Positions 48,822-56,438 of a stretch of DNA of 64,000 nucleotides are shown piece after piece. Source of the DNA: a virus; the IMG/VR virus record IMGVR_UViG_3300004369_000005, positions 1 through 64,000 of that record; one strand, 5' to 3'. Position numbers and translations under genes: made by a program. The first letter of the stretch is position 1. Every line of letters begins with the position of its first letter. The notes under the pieces were generated by a model. That model did no database searches and was not told where the DNA came from. It saw only the letters and a program-made list of their open reading frames with translations.

Positions 48822-49325
48822 TTAACTCCAGTGATTGTTTGGTCTTTCCCACCAAAAATGTAAATCTTTGATAGTATCATCATAATAAAGTGAAACTAAG
48901 TCACTCTTATATTTACTATGGATATTTTCACATAATGATAAAGTGTAGTAATTCTTGTCTACAAACTTTTCCATTACCTTAGTAATCCAAGTATAATTGC
49001 CACCTCTGATTACACCTGCCTCACATAAAACAAAATTATCCCAGTCTAGAACCCAGTCAGCAAAATTAATTTCAAAATCAAGTTTATACTTATTTACATT
49101 TTCGTCTGGAAATGGCACATTGACTGCTTCAATATGAAAAATCTCTCGATCCATAGATAATGAATGCGAGAGATGCTGAGTTACAATACCAGAGTAATCA
49201 GGAGACACGCACAAGAAACAAGTCTTTGAGGGATGAATATTCCAATCAGACATCTTGATCTTATACGACATCTCCTGAATGAGTGCCATCTCTTTGTCTT
49301 GTGAGATAAACAAAAGTTCTTTCAT
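48822..49325 (-). CDS. phosphoribosyltransferase-fold protein (putative)
   Basis: FVLCEAGVIRGGNY resembles a PRPP-binding loop; C-terminal HFWWE. Confidence 0.55.
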   Translation of the reverse strand: MKELLFISQDKEMALIQEMSYKIKMSDWNIHPSKTCFLCVSPDYSGIVTQHLSHSLSMDREIFHIEAVNVPFPDENVNKYKLDFEINFADWVLDWDNFVLCEAGVIRGGNYTWITKVMEKFVDKNYYTLSLCENIHSKYKSDLVSLYYDDTIKDLHFWWERPNNHWS

Positions 49326-49888
49326 CGTTCGATAATCATGTTGAAGGACAAGATAATTCTTTCCTTATCGCTCTGATTCACTTCAGTATAGTGATTACAG
49401 GCAGCAGGGAAAATAATTAGAGAACCTTCAGTAATCTCATCGGGTTGATGTGTCATTGTCAATCCTTTCATGAAATCTCCAAAGGGAGAGACAAATGTTG
49501 TTGGGGTATGAACTTCTGGATCATACTCAATAAACAAAACAGCATTATACCCAATAGAACCATGGTTATGTACTGTATGGTTCATGCCATAGATTGACTT
49601 TTCAAACCACCACCACTGAGGAATAATACTAGTACATCCAACAGCATCACCAAAACGATTGATATCGCTTTCGATAATATCAACGACTGGTTGGAAACTC
49701 TCTTTTTCTTCTTTGTTGTAGTTTGTAAGCACGTTATCTTTTAAGGATAACTCTTTCTGCTTATACAGTTCAAGGAGTTTTGGTTTTTTAATTTCCCAGT
49801 CCTGAATCTGCAACTTGAAGATTGGAACTGAGAACATTGGATATGCTTTGACATCCTCCTCGACTGCTGGAGTCGAGACCTCACTCAT
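49322..49888 (-). CDS. putative 2OG-Fe(II) oxygenase (TIGR02466-like)
   Basis: HTVHNH, EGSLIIFPA..HY, SDKERIILSFN motifs. Confidence 0.8.
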   Translation of the reverse strand: MSEVSTPAVEEDVKAYPMFSVPIFKLQIQDWEIKKPKLLELYKQKELSLKDNVLTNYNKEEKESFQPVVDIIESDINRFGDAVGCTSIIPQWWWFEKSIYGMNHTVHNHGSIGYNAVLFIEYDPEVHTPTTFVSPFGDFMKGLTMTHQPDEITEGSLIIFPAACNHYTEVNQSDKERIILSFNMIIER

Positions 49889-50031
49889 CGTCCTTGACCT
49901 CTGTAACGCTTCTTAGCGCCATTACGACTGGTAGCAGAATATTTTGTGTTCTTGCTGCTTCCTTGACGTGTGGTTTTGGGTTGCGACTCAATAATCTTCT
50001 TACCGCTAAGACCAACTTTTGCTCGTGCCAT
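49885..50031 (-). CDS. small basic protein (48 aa)
   Basis: Hand-translated MARAKVGLSGKKIIESQPKTTRQGSSKNTKYSATSRNGAKKRYRGQGR; ATGA overlap with the next gene. Confidence 0.75.
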   Translation of the reverse strand: MARAKVGLSGKKIIESQPKTTRQGSSKNTKYSATSRNGAKKRYRGQGR

Positions 50032-50061
50032 AATTAATTTTTAATTGACTTACTTATTTTA

Positions 50062-50400
50062 CTAGATAGGTCCTTGACTGTCAACTGTTACAGTTAATGC
50101 ACCAGCAGACGCTACAATTCCTGCAGGACCAACAGGAGAGGTTAGAAGACTTCCAATGACTGCCATCGGTGTTCCATTCACCATAACGGTTGGAGAACCC
50201 GTGGAGATCACGTCACTATGCAAGTCTGGTGGTATAGGAAGTGCCGCAAAATGTGGTAAAGTAGTATCACCTACCTTATGAACGTTCCTGCCGTTAATAA
50301 TAACATTAGGAGATGCACTAATATATCCAACAGGAGACCAAGGACCATGACCTGTAGTCATATCCCATGGAGTATATAACGCGGGAGTATTAGATAACAT
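50062..50400 (-). CDS. PAAR-motif spike tip protein (T4 gp5.4-like)
   Basis: D.TTGHG, SPNVIINGRNVHKVGD, H.DVISTGSPTVMVNGTPMAVIG. Confidence 0.88.
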   Translation of the reverse strand: MLSNTPALYTPWDMTTGHGPWSPVGYISASPNVIINGRNVHKVGDTTLPHFAALPIPPDLHSDVISTGSPTVMVNGTPMAVIGSLLTSPVGPAGIVASAGALTVTVDSQGPI

Positions 50401-51256
50401 TGAGTGGTACAGGAACCTTTGGAGTATTTATTCCGTACTCTAACCTCTTAATCGCCGTGTCCTGATCGTTCTGTACGGTCATATGCGCTGTAGAAAGAAA
50501 AGTGCCCGCGCTACTAACAATCGTAATGTCAAAGAACACTCTTAACTTCATAATGTCACTAGGTTTGTAACTAATAATGTCGGAGCAACGCTTTAACCAC
50601 CCCTCCATAACTGGAGCATCATACATCTTCGCATCTGCAAACGTTAAAGGATAAAAACTCTCGGCGCTTATGCTGCTAGGATACTTCCTCTTTAACATCG
50701 AAGGATCAAACAATTCCCCCTCTGCCTCTAACTTCTCAATCTTTTCTAAAGTCTCATAATACACCCCATCCCCAGAAATCTTGACAATGGCATTCGGTAA
50801 CCTCAGTAACCATTCCCTATCATGAAAGTTACGTTCACTGAAATACCCCGAAATCGTCACCAGAGGCGCTGCACCAGTCGCAAACTCACTGTTGAATACA
50901 AAGGGTTCATTATACAGTGGAGCGACCCACAGGGGACTCACAGGCACCTCAAATTCAGTGTCAAAACTTCTGGTGGTGTCGAATGAAGGACGAGGTTCCT
51001 CCAAAATGCAGTAAGATGGACCAGTCACTGACATACTGGTGATGACCTCGTTAGGCAGTGTTGGATATGCTTCTATCGTTAGTGAAAAACTTTGATAGGG
51101 TTTCACATACGTCGGTTCTGCGTCTGGAATGATATCTACGGTCGGTTTGAACTCATAGTCCCCTGCAGGTAGTCCAAGCAACTTTAAGGACCTTGGAGCG
51201 GTTGCTGGGAGGGGATAAAACCCTACCTCGATCTCATCCGTGAATATCTCTGCCAT
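50390..51256 (-). CDS. hypothetical protein (probably baseplate-associated)
   Basis: 288-aa ORF coupled to the PAAR gene. Confidence 0.7.
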   Translation of the reverse strand: MAEIFTDEIEVGFYPLPATAPRSLKLLGLPAGDYEFKPTVDIIPDAEPTYVKPYQSFSLTIEAYPTLPNEVITSMSVTGPSYCILEEPRPSFDTTRSFDTEFEVPVSPLWVAPLYNEPFVFNSEFATGAAPLVTISGYFSERNFHDREWLLRLPNAIVKISGDGVYYETLEKIEKLEAEGELFDPSMLKRKYPSSISAESFYPLTFADAKMYDAPVMEGWLKRCSDIISYKPSDIMKLRVFFDITIVSSAGTFLSTAHMTVQNDQDTAIKRLEYGINTPKVPVPLNVI

Positions 51257-51486
51257 TAGACTGACTGCGCGACTCTTAGCAAATCTTTCTTAATCCCTTC
51301 AACATTATTGTGAAGATAATCTAAAGTATCTGACAGTGTTTCGTACTCACTCGCCTCAGGGCGGCGGTACGCTAATGTCGGTCTCTCCAAGTTCGATACT
51401 CGCACTTCCAGACTCTCCAATCTCTGCAACAGCACTAGGAGTTTTTCCTCCAAGCTTGTCTGTTGCTGCTCTGACGACGTTTCCAT
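51256..51486 (-). CDS. hypothetical coiled-coil protein
   Basis: ORF track; stop overlaps the next start. Confidence 0.65.
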   Translation of the reverse strand: METSSEQQQTSLEEKLLVLLQRLESLEVRVSNLERPTLAYRRPEASEYETLSDTLDYLHNNVEGIKKDLLRVAQSV

Positions 51487-51601
51487 TATTTGAATCTCCT
51501 CTCATGAATGATTCCGCTGCCTTCGTCTCGAACTCGTCGCAAAATGCATCAAAGTTACTCAGAATGGCATCGAAGTTTTCAAAATCAACTTTCTGGGGCA
51601 T
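51356..51601 (-). CDS. hypothetical protein (first gene of the late block)
   Basis: ORF track; GATAAATA late-type box at ~51645-51652; overlaps the next ORF by 131 nt. Confidence 0.55.
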   Translation of the reverse strand: MPQKVDFENFDAILSNFDAFCDEFETKAAESFMRGDSNNGNVVRAATDKLGGKTPSAVAEIGESGSASIELGETDISVPPP

Positions 51602-51722
51602 TTTTTTTCTGGCGGAATTTTTTATAACGGGACTTTACCAAAATATTTATCGGTCGTCTGGATACTTTTGTAGGTTAGGGGAGTCATGCGTTTTTGGAAT
51701 CGCTTGGCGACCCGACTAGTAC

Positions 51723-51751
51723 AAAAAAACCCCCTAACAACTGCCAGGGGG
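51723..51751 (-). terminator. intrinsic terminator ending the small-ORF (early) region
   Basis: Minus strand CCCCCT-10 nt loop-AGGGGG-TTTTTTT. Confidence 0.75.
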
Positions 51752-51762
51752 CGGGGTCTGTG

Positions 51763-51963
51763 CTAGGATGCTGTGGCGACTAGTCGTCGGCACTGCCTCT
51801 CAATCTGTCGCAATGCGTTCACGTCGCTAGGACTGCTGCTGCATGTGCTGATGATGCCTAGGCGTTCGTGCTTGTATTTGCGGTGCTTTCGATCACTGGT
51901 GAGGATGAACCCATAGCGAGCGTGGATGGCGTCCGCTTCTCTGGTGAAGGACTTCTTAGACAT
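51763..51963 (-). CDS. HicA-like (dsRBD-fold) small protein
   Basis: 66 aa, basic; YGF....RKHRKYKH....I.T.SSSPSD pattern. Confidence 0.55.
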   Translation of the reverse strand: MSKKSFTREADAIHARYGFILTSDRKHRKYKHERLGIISTCSSSPSDVNALRQIERQCRRLVATAS

Positions 51964-51966
51964 GGG

Positions 51967-52143
51967 TCAGGCGAAGGTGGGGAGACGGTCGATCGCTTCT
52001 TGCGCGTGATGCTCTGCAAAGACCCCAGCGATGAGGGCGGCGCTGTGTGCTGTGCCCTGTAGGGTGTTGCTGCTGACCCATCCTGTCTGGCGGGTGCTGA
52101 TGTCAGAGGCGAGGCGGAAGCAGGTGGGGTTGCGCTTTGTCAT
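51967..52143 (-). CDS. hypothetical protein (58 aa)
   Basis: Hand-translated MTKRNPTCFRLASDISTRQTGWVSSNTLQG...; directly downstream of cassette 1. Confidence 0.65.
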   Translation of the reverse strand: MTKRNPTCFRLASDISTRQTGWVSSNTLQGTAHSAALIAGVFAEHHAQEAIDRLPTFA

Positions 52144-52165
52144 GCTGTGCTGTGTTGATGTGGTT

Positions 52166-52222
52166 AGTCTACAGGCAAGGGGGGCAGCAGAGACCCCCCT
52201 AGTGTACGGTTCAGAGATCGAC
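52166..52222 (-). promoter_or_regulatory. palindrome/-10 promoter cassette 1 (degenerate)
   Basis: -10 TAGACT 52166-71; TACGGTT-caga-GATCGAC 52205-22; 33-nt gap. Confidence 0.55.
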
Positions 52223-52483
52223 CATCATGGCATTCATCTCATCGGCATCGATGGCGCACGAATCCCAACGCACCCCATCCTTGGTTTGCACGAGGTGGCG
52301 ACCGATCATGCCGTCAGTCATGGCACGAACGAACTTATCCCAAGGGGTCTCATCGTTGCCGCAGAACTCAACACACGCCTTAGCGGTGTTGTAGAGGAAT
52401 TCATCGTTGCCAATCCAGAGGGCAGCGTTCCAGGTTTCGTAGGTCGCCCAACCGTTGTAGGTGCTGAGGGTGGAAGCGGTCAT
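52211..52483 (-). CDS. conserved phage hypothetical protein (YNGWATYETWNAALWIGNDE)
   Basis: Track ORF trimmed to the ATG downstream of cassette 2. Confidence 0.8.
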   Translation of the reverse strand: MTASTLSTYNGWATYETWNAALWIGNDEFLYNTAKACVEFCGNDETPWDKFVRAMTDGMIGRHLVQTKDGVRWDSCAIDADEMNAMMVDL

Positions 52484-52505
52484 GTCGTTTGTTTGAACTG
52501 AAGTC

Positions 52506-52562
52506 ATTATAGGGGCAGGGGGTTGCCCTTGTGGGGCAATGGTGGACGGTTCAGTAACCGTA
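52506..52562 (-). promoter_or_regulatory. palindrome/-10 promoter cassette 2
   Basis: -10 TATAAT 52506-11; GACGGTT-cagt-AACCGTA 52545-62; 33-nt gap. Confidence 0.75.
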
Positions 52563-52733
52563 ACGCTGGCGGCGCATCTCGGTTTGGTAGCGGCGCTCAT
52601 CGATGTCGTCAGCGGTGAAGTAATCATCGAAGTCGCCGTCGCCCATGTCGTAGGCATAGTTGGCGGGTTGCTGCCCTGCCTTGCCAGTGAGGGAGGCGAA
52701 GGAGAAGCGGTCGAAGTTGGTTTCGTTTGTCAT
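52551..52733 (-). CDS. hypothetical acidic protein (MTNETNFDRF...)
   Basis: Track ORF trimmed to the ATG downstream of cassette 3. Confidence 0.7.
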   Translation of the reverse strand: MTNETNFDRFSFASLTGKAGQQPANYAYDMGDGDFDDYFTADDIDERRYQTEMRRQRYGY

Positions 52734-52739
52734 GTGCTT

Positions 52740-52797
52740 AGTATAAGGGGTCAGGGGCGCAGTCTGGGGGTGATAGTGTGCCAGTTCCTCAATCGAA
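52740..52797 (-). promoter_or_regulatory. palindrome/-10 promoter cassette 3
   Basis: -10 TATACT 52740-45; GCCAGTT-cctc-AATCGAA 52780-97; 34-nt gap. Confidence 0.7.
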
Positions 52798-53004
52798 CAA
52801 CAGGGCGGCGATTGCCTCAATCCCTGCCTCGTCTGCCTTGACGGTGACCCATGCCATAGGGTTGCCCTTAGCGGGGCACTTCCAGATCACCACATCCTCA
52901 TCGTAGGTTGCTGCCAGTTGGTAGGCATGGGTCATGTCAGTCGCCCACATGCAACCGTGAGGGTCGAACGTACCGAACGATTTGGGTTGAACTGCGATTG
53001 CCAT
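52789..53004 (-). CDS. hypothetical protein
   Basis: ORF track; downstream of cassette 4. Confidence 0.75.
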   Translation of the reverse strand: MAIAVQPKSFGTFDPHGCMWATDMTHAYQLAATYDEDVVIWKCPAKGNPMAWVTVKADEAGIEAIAALLFD

Positions 53005-53027
53005 GTGTGCTTTGCTTTGTTCCCCTT

Positions 53028-53084
53028 ATTATAAGGGCGAGGATGCCGCGGCCAAGGGCAGCGAGTGCCAGATCTCCAACTGTC
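53028..53084 (-). promoter_or_regulatory. palindrome/-10 promoter cassette 4
   Basis: -10 TATAAT 53028-33; GCCAGAT-ctcc-AACTGTC 53067-84; 33-nt gap. Confidence 0.75.
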
Positions 53085-53176
53085 TGCTGTGTCTTAACAA
53101 CAGGCAGGGATGGCATACAATAGTGTGCCAATTGCAGCGGTAGTATGGGTGAACTAGTTTGAGCCGCGAGTTTGTG

Positions 53177-53389
53177 TTACTTAGCGTCTGGAATTAGGGA
53201 GATCAAAGTATCCTCATCATAGAGATCTACGATCTCTTCAGTTACTTCATCCCATGTCAATTTGTCGTACTCTCGTTCTAACAAATCAACGCACATATGC
53301 ACGAGGGAATCTGTATCCATGCCATCTACAATATGCCAGACATAGTTCTCAACGAGTTGGCGACGATCCTGTTCGGTAGGCATAATCAA
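53177..53389 (-). CDS. hypothetical acidic protein
   Basis: ORF track; Y...IVDGMD..SL motif. Confidence 0.7.
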   Translation of the reverse strand: MIMPTEQDRRQLVENYVWHIVDGMDTDSLVHMCVDLLEREYDKLTWDEVTEEIVDLYDEDTLISLIPDAK

Positions 53390-53419
53390 ATGGTGAAGAA
53401 TGTGTGGACTAAGTTATAC

Positions 53420-53773
53420 TCAGACCAGCAGGTCATTGATAGCAAGGGCACCAAGTCTCATGCCAGAGCGAAACTCAGTGACAAAGAATTCAGTGCCATT
53501 GTAGAGGCGAATGAACCACTCAAAGTTCTTCTGAAACACACCCTCACCAGCGATTCCATGCTCGGTCATGATAGCATTCAGGCGAGACTTGGTGGTGTTA
53601 GATTGCCAACCACCATCAAACAATTTGATGCCGTTGTCATCAACTTCGGCAATCAGATTGCCATGCAGGTAGACATAAGAAATGCCGTCAACATTCAGCA
53701 CCTCAGTGTTATCGAGTTTCCAATCAGTGCCGTTGGTGATAGCGGCATTCATGAGTCGTTCGATCTTACGCAT
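53420..53773 (-). CDS. conserved phage hypothetical protein (MRKIE...VYLHGNLIA...GGWQSNTTKSRLNAI)
   Basis: Track ORF trimmed to the ATG downstream of cassette 5. Confidence 0.8.
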   Translation of the reverse strand: MRKIERLMNAAITNGTDWKLDNTEVLNVDGISYVYLHGNLIAEVDDNGIKLFDGGWQSNTTKSRLNAIMTEHGIAGEGVFQKNFEWFIRLYNGTEFFVTEFRSGMRLGALAINDLLV

Positions 53774-53809
53774 GAGAGAAAAGTGAAGTGGTTTGTTTGA
53801 ACTGAAGTC

Positions 53810-53867
53810 ATTATAGACACAGGGTCGGCAGGAATGCGACCGATGCTGTGCCACTTAATCAACTGTC
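53810..53867 (-). promoter_or_regulatory. palindrome/-10 promoter cassette 5
   Basis: -10 TATAAT 53810-15; GCCACTT-aatc-AACTGTC 53850-67; 34-nt gap. Confidence 0.8.
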
Positions 53868-53990
53868 CTCTCGCCAGGTCAGAGGATCTTCCTGTTCGAT
53901 ATCCTCTTGCATGTCGAAAGGCATCATCTCACGATCATCAATGTCGAGATCGAAGATCTCACCAGGCATGTCTTGAATTTCATCCCACAT
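53859..53990 (-). CDS. small acidic protein (43 aa, MWDEIQDMPGEIFDLD...)
   Basis: Hand-translated; stop lies inside the cassette 5 palindrome. Confidence 0.6.
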   Translation of the reverse strand: MWDEIQDMPGEIFDLDIDDREMMPFDMQEDIEQEDPLTWREDS

Positions 53991-54021
53991 TGTTAGTTAA
54001 GCGAAGAACAGTTAGTGTTAA

Positions 54022-54213
54022 TCAGAGACCGTTGAGGTAATCAGCGAGTGCCTCATCATACTCTGCTTTGGTGTTAAAAACACGACCGTGAATCATGCGA
54101 GGATAGGTAGCATCAACACCAGCATGTGCTACCATCTGGCAGTCTGCCTCATCGTATCCCATCTCAATGAGAGTGGCGACGTAGGGGTTGTTCGTTTGGG
54201 TTTCGTTTGTCAT
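54022..54213 (-). CDS. hypothetical protein (MTNETQTNNPYV...)
   Basis: Track ORF trimmed to the ATG downstream of cassette 6. Confidence 0.75.
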   Translation of the reverse strand: MTNETQTNNPYVATLIEMGYDEADCQMVAHAGVDATYPRMIHGRVFNTKAEYDEALADYLNGL

Positions 54214-54219
54214 GTAGAC

Positions 54220-54277
54220 ATTATAGACACAGGGTCGAGCGGTTTGGGGGTCACAGTGTGCCACTTCTCCAACTGGT
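54220..54277 (-). promoter_or_regulatory. palindrome/-10 promoter cassette 6
   Basis: -10 TATAAT 54220-25; GCCACTT-ctcc-AACTGGT 54260-77; 34-nt gap. Confidence 0.8.
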
Positions 54278-54540
54278 TAGTCTTGAGTGGTGTAATCTAT
54301 CTCAAATGCACCCTCACATTCAGGCACTTCATAATCATCTAAAATCACACGATAATCAATCGATTTGATACACCAACCTGTGGCACATGTGATCTCTTCT
54401 ACGAGATCATCACCATCATCTGCCTCCCAAACTGTACCAAATACACCTTCACGGAGTTCTTCTTTATATTCATATGTGATGGGTTCATCATAAACATCAT
54501 CACTAAAATCAAAGGCGATGTCAGTAACTTGGAATTGCAT
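54277..54540 (-). CDS. hypothetical acidic protein
   Basis: ORF track; WEADD.DDLVEEIT.ATGWCI motif. Confidence 0.75.
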   Translation of the reverse strand: MQFQVTDIAFDFSDDVYDEPITYEYKEELREGVFGTVWEADDGDDLVEEITCATGWCIKSIDYRVILDDYEVPECEGAFEIDYTTQD

Positions 54541-54553
54541 GATTGTGATTGAA

Positions 54554-54763
54554 TTAGTTTACTTCAGCGAGCAACAGTTTGTGACAACGATCTGCCTCTA
54601 CGAGTTCTTCATCATCAAGTTCATCCCATTCAACATACTCATAGGCACCACGGTTAGACTCAACGCTGCCATCAGATAGCAAGGGGTGATACATAAGAAC
54701 TCGCTGGTGATTACCATCCAAAGTGTATACTAACTGGTTTGCTTTAGAGTGAATGAAAACCAT
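54554..54763 (-). CDS. hypothetical protein
   Basis: Track ORF 54554..54781; start probably 54763 given the promoter position. Confidence 0.7.
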   Translation of the reverse strand: MVFIHSKANQLVYTLDGNHQRVLMYHPLLSDGSVESNRGAYEYVEWDELDDEELVEADRCHKLLLAEVN

Positions 54764-54785
54764 GAAAAATCCCGTCAACATGTAT

Positions 54786-54841
54786 ACAATACACGATAAC
54801 GGGACCTTTGCAATATTCAGTGTGCCAGTTTAGAAAGTGTC
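54786..54841 (-). promoter_or_regulatory. palindrome/-10 promoter cassette 7
   Basis: -10 TATTGT 54786-91; GCCAGTT-taga-AAGTGTC 54824-41; 32-nt gap. Confidence 0.72.
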
Positions 54842-54988
54842 ATAGTATTCATCCACTTCTCTCTTGAATTTGGTAACTTTCTTCTTAGTCTGTCTGCGAA
54901 TATTCTTCACTTCGTAACCAAAATCTTCAAAATCTTCATCGAATTGTTGATACTTTTGGTTGTCGGACTGATTGTAACGCTTACCCAT
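54830..54988 (-). CDS. small charged protein (52 aa, MGKRYNQSDNQKYQQFDEDF...)
   Basis: Hand-translated; stop lies inside the cassette 7 palindrome. Confidence 0.65.
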   Translation of the reverse strand: MGKRYNQSDNQKYQQFDEDFEDFGYEVKNIRRQTKKKVTKFKREVDEYYDTF

Positions 54989-55022
54989 TGTAATTGTAAA
55001 GTATTAGTAATACAAAGCAATA

Positions 55023-55268
55023 TTATTTAGATTCAATCAAGATATTATTCTTGATTGAAGTATGAAGAAACTTACCCAGACTACCTCCAGTCTTCAATTC
55101 AATGCTAATGAGTTCTTTACACAAATCTTCTTGGAATTGCTCTACATTTTCACAGTTAAACGTATATTCTTTGTCTTTATTGCTATTATACACGATTTTA
55201 ACAGTGTTATCAACAATTTCGATGCTATCTACAGCTGTAGAGATCAAATTGTCGTACTTTTTAGACAT
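55023..55268 (-). CDS. KTSC-like domain protein (putative nucleic-acid binding)
   Basis: STAVDSIEI..NTVKIVYNSN..KEYTF...GSLGKFLHTSIK resembles the KTSC pattern. Confidence 0.55.
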   Translation of the reverse strand: MSKKYDNLISTAVDSIEIVDNTVKIVYNSNKDKEYTFNCENVEQFQEDLCKELISIELKTGGSLGKFLHTSIKNNILIESK

Positions 55269-55297
55269 TTTAAGTGGTTTGTTAATGTTTAAAGGTT

Positions 55298-55389
55298 AAA
55301 AACTCAAAAAATTAAGAAATCTTAAAAATTAAGATTCTCAATAAACTCAAAATATTAAAAAACTCAATATTTTGACTTTTTGAGTTTTT
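55298..55389 (-). ncRNA. AT-rich three-way-junction inverted-repeat element (candidate structured leader/ncRNA or DNA cruciform)
   Basis: 13-bp outer stem 55298-55310/55377-55389 enclosing 8-bp (55318-25/55329-36) and 10-bp (55347-56/55366-75) perfect hairpins. Confidence 0.5.
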
Positions 55390-55428
55390 GAGAAAAGCGG
55401 CAGGAGCACCCCTTTGCCTCATGACAGT

Positions 55429-55483
55429 ATTATAGGGTATCTGGGAGTGCTTTGGAGGTGTTGTGGACGGTTTCAGAGGTGTC
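55429..55483 (-). promoter_or_regulatory. palindrome/-10 promoter cassette 8
   Basis: -10 TATAAT 55429-34; GACGGTT-tcag-AGGTGTC 55466-83; 31-nt gap. Confidence 0.7.
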
Positions 55484-55638
55484 ACAGAGGCACTTGACGT
55501 TCGTTAGGTTGCGTGCTAAGCCAACATCGACTCCGCACCTTACCCCTATTTTATTAAGCATTTATTATTATTGATTCTCAACTAGACTATCTTATTGAGA
55601 ACCATTGGTATGACTAGCGCGGAAGCACCTTGAAAACC

Positions 55639-55821
55639 TTATTGATTCTCATTAGCACGGTGTCTTGTCACTGCTAGTATATTTTGTCCTGGGTTGAGAT
55701 CTTTCACAACTTGTGCTGCATCTTCATAGTCTATTGCATCTACTACAGTATGGTATCTTACCATATGATATTCTTCATCCCATGTCTGTACTGTATACAT
55801 TATCCTCTCCATCAGATGCAT
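55639..55821 (-). CDS. hypothetical protein
   Basis: ORF track; start uncertain. Confidence 0.6.
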   Translation of the reverse strand: MHLMERIMYTVQTWDEEYHMVRYHTVVDAIDYEDAAQVVKDLNPGQNILAVTRHRANENQ

Positions 55822-55972
55822 TCAATTTGTCTGTCTCTTTCTGAATGAAATCAGTTAACAAGTCAATGAAGTCTTGTTCGGTCCAATCATTGAATACAGA
55901 CTCATAAGGATCATTCTCATCCCATGAGATTGTGAATGTGTTATCATCTTCCTGTTCTACATTGATTGTCAT
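55775..55972 (-). CDS. hypothetical acidic protein
   Basis: ORF track; FTISWDENDP...FNDWTEQDF. Confidence 0.7.
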   Translation of the reverse strand: MTINVEQEDDNTFTISWDENDPYESVFNDWTEQDFIDLLTDFIQKETDKLNASDGEDNVYSTDMG

Positions 55973-56144
55973 TGTGGTTCACATACGATGTACTGATAAT
56001 AGTTGCCGTAAGTATCTTGTGCTTGACGACAGAAATACATTGGGTTCTTTGGTTGTAGTGATACAATCTCATTAAGAGTGATTAGTGCAATAGCAAATTG
56101 TATGAATGGTAGGACCTTTACTATTGTCTCACGATAGTTGTTCT

Positions 56145-56369
56145 TCATTCAAATACTGGTATTACTGGTGGATTCCATTCATCTCTTACTGCTTTCATAA
56201 TATGTTTGGGAGTACCATAGTAACCCATATGCATCCATACACAATCAATGTATTGTAGATCTTCTCTATCTACTGTTGGATTGAATGAATCACAATATTT
56301 GACAATATCATAGGGAACTTTAACTTGTTTCCAGGTGATAGGTTCTTCAACATAGTATGGGACAGTCAT
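56145..56369 (-). CDS. hypothetical protein
   Basis: ORF track. Confidence 0.7.
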   Translation of the reverse strand: MTVPYYVEEPITWKQVKVPYDIVKYCDSFNPTVDREDLQYIDCVWMHMGYYGTPKHIMKAVRDEWNPPVIPVFE

Positions 56370-56438
56370 TTCTTTACTGGTGCTGTTAGTTCAAGAGTGA
56401 GTGTTAGTAGTAGTATGAATGAGAAGATAAAGAGTGTA

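Noticed and set aside
52484-54264. Upstream extensions of track ORFs (starts at 52657, 52820, 53854, 54264; also 61931)
   Set aside because: The extensions run through promoter cassettes; the internal ATGs just downstream of the -10 boxes are more plausible starts
51336-55299. Plus-strand ORFs in the small-gene region (e.g. 51336..51719, 52031..52501, 53297..53800)
   Set aside because: They lie antisense to minus-strand genes that have their own promoters, and locally higher GC lengthens spurious frames
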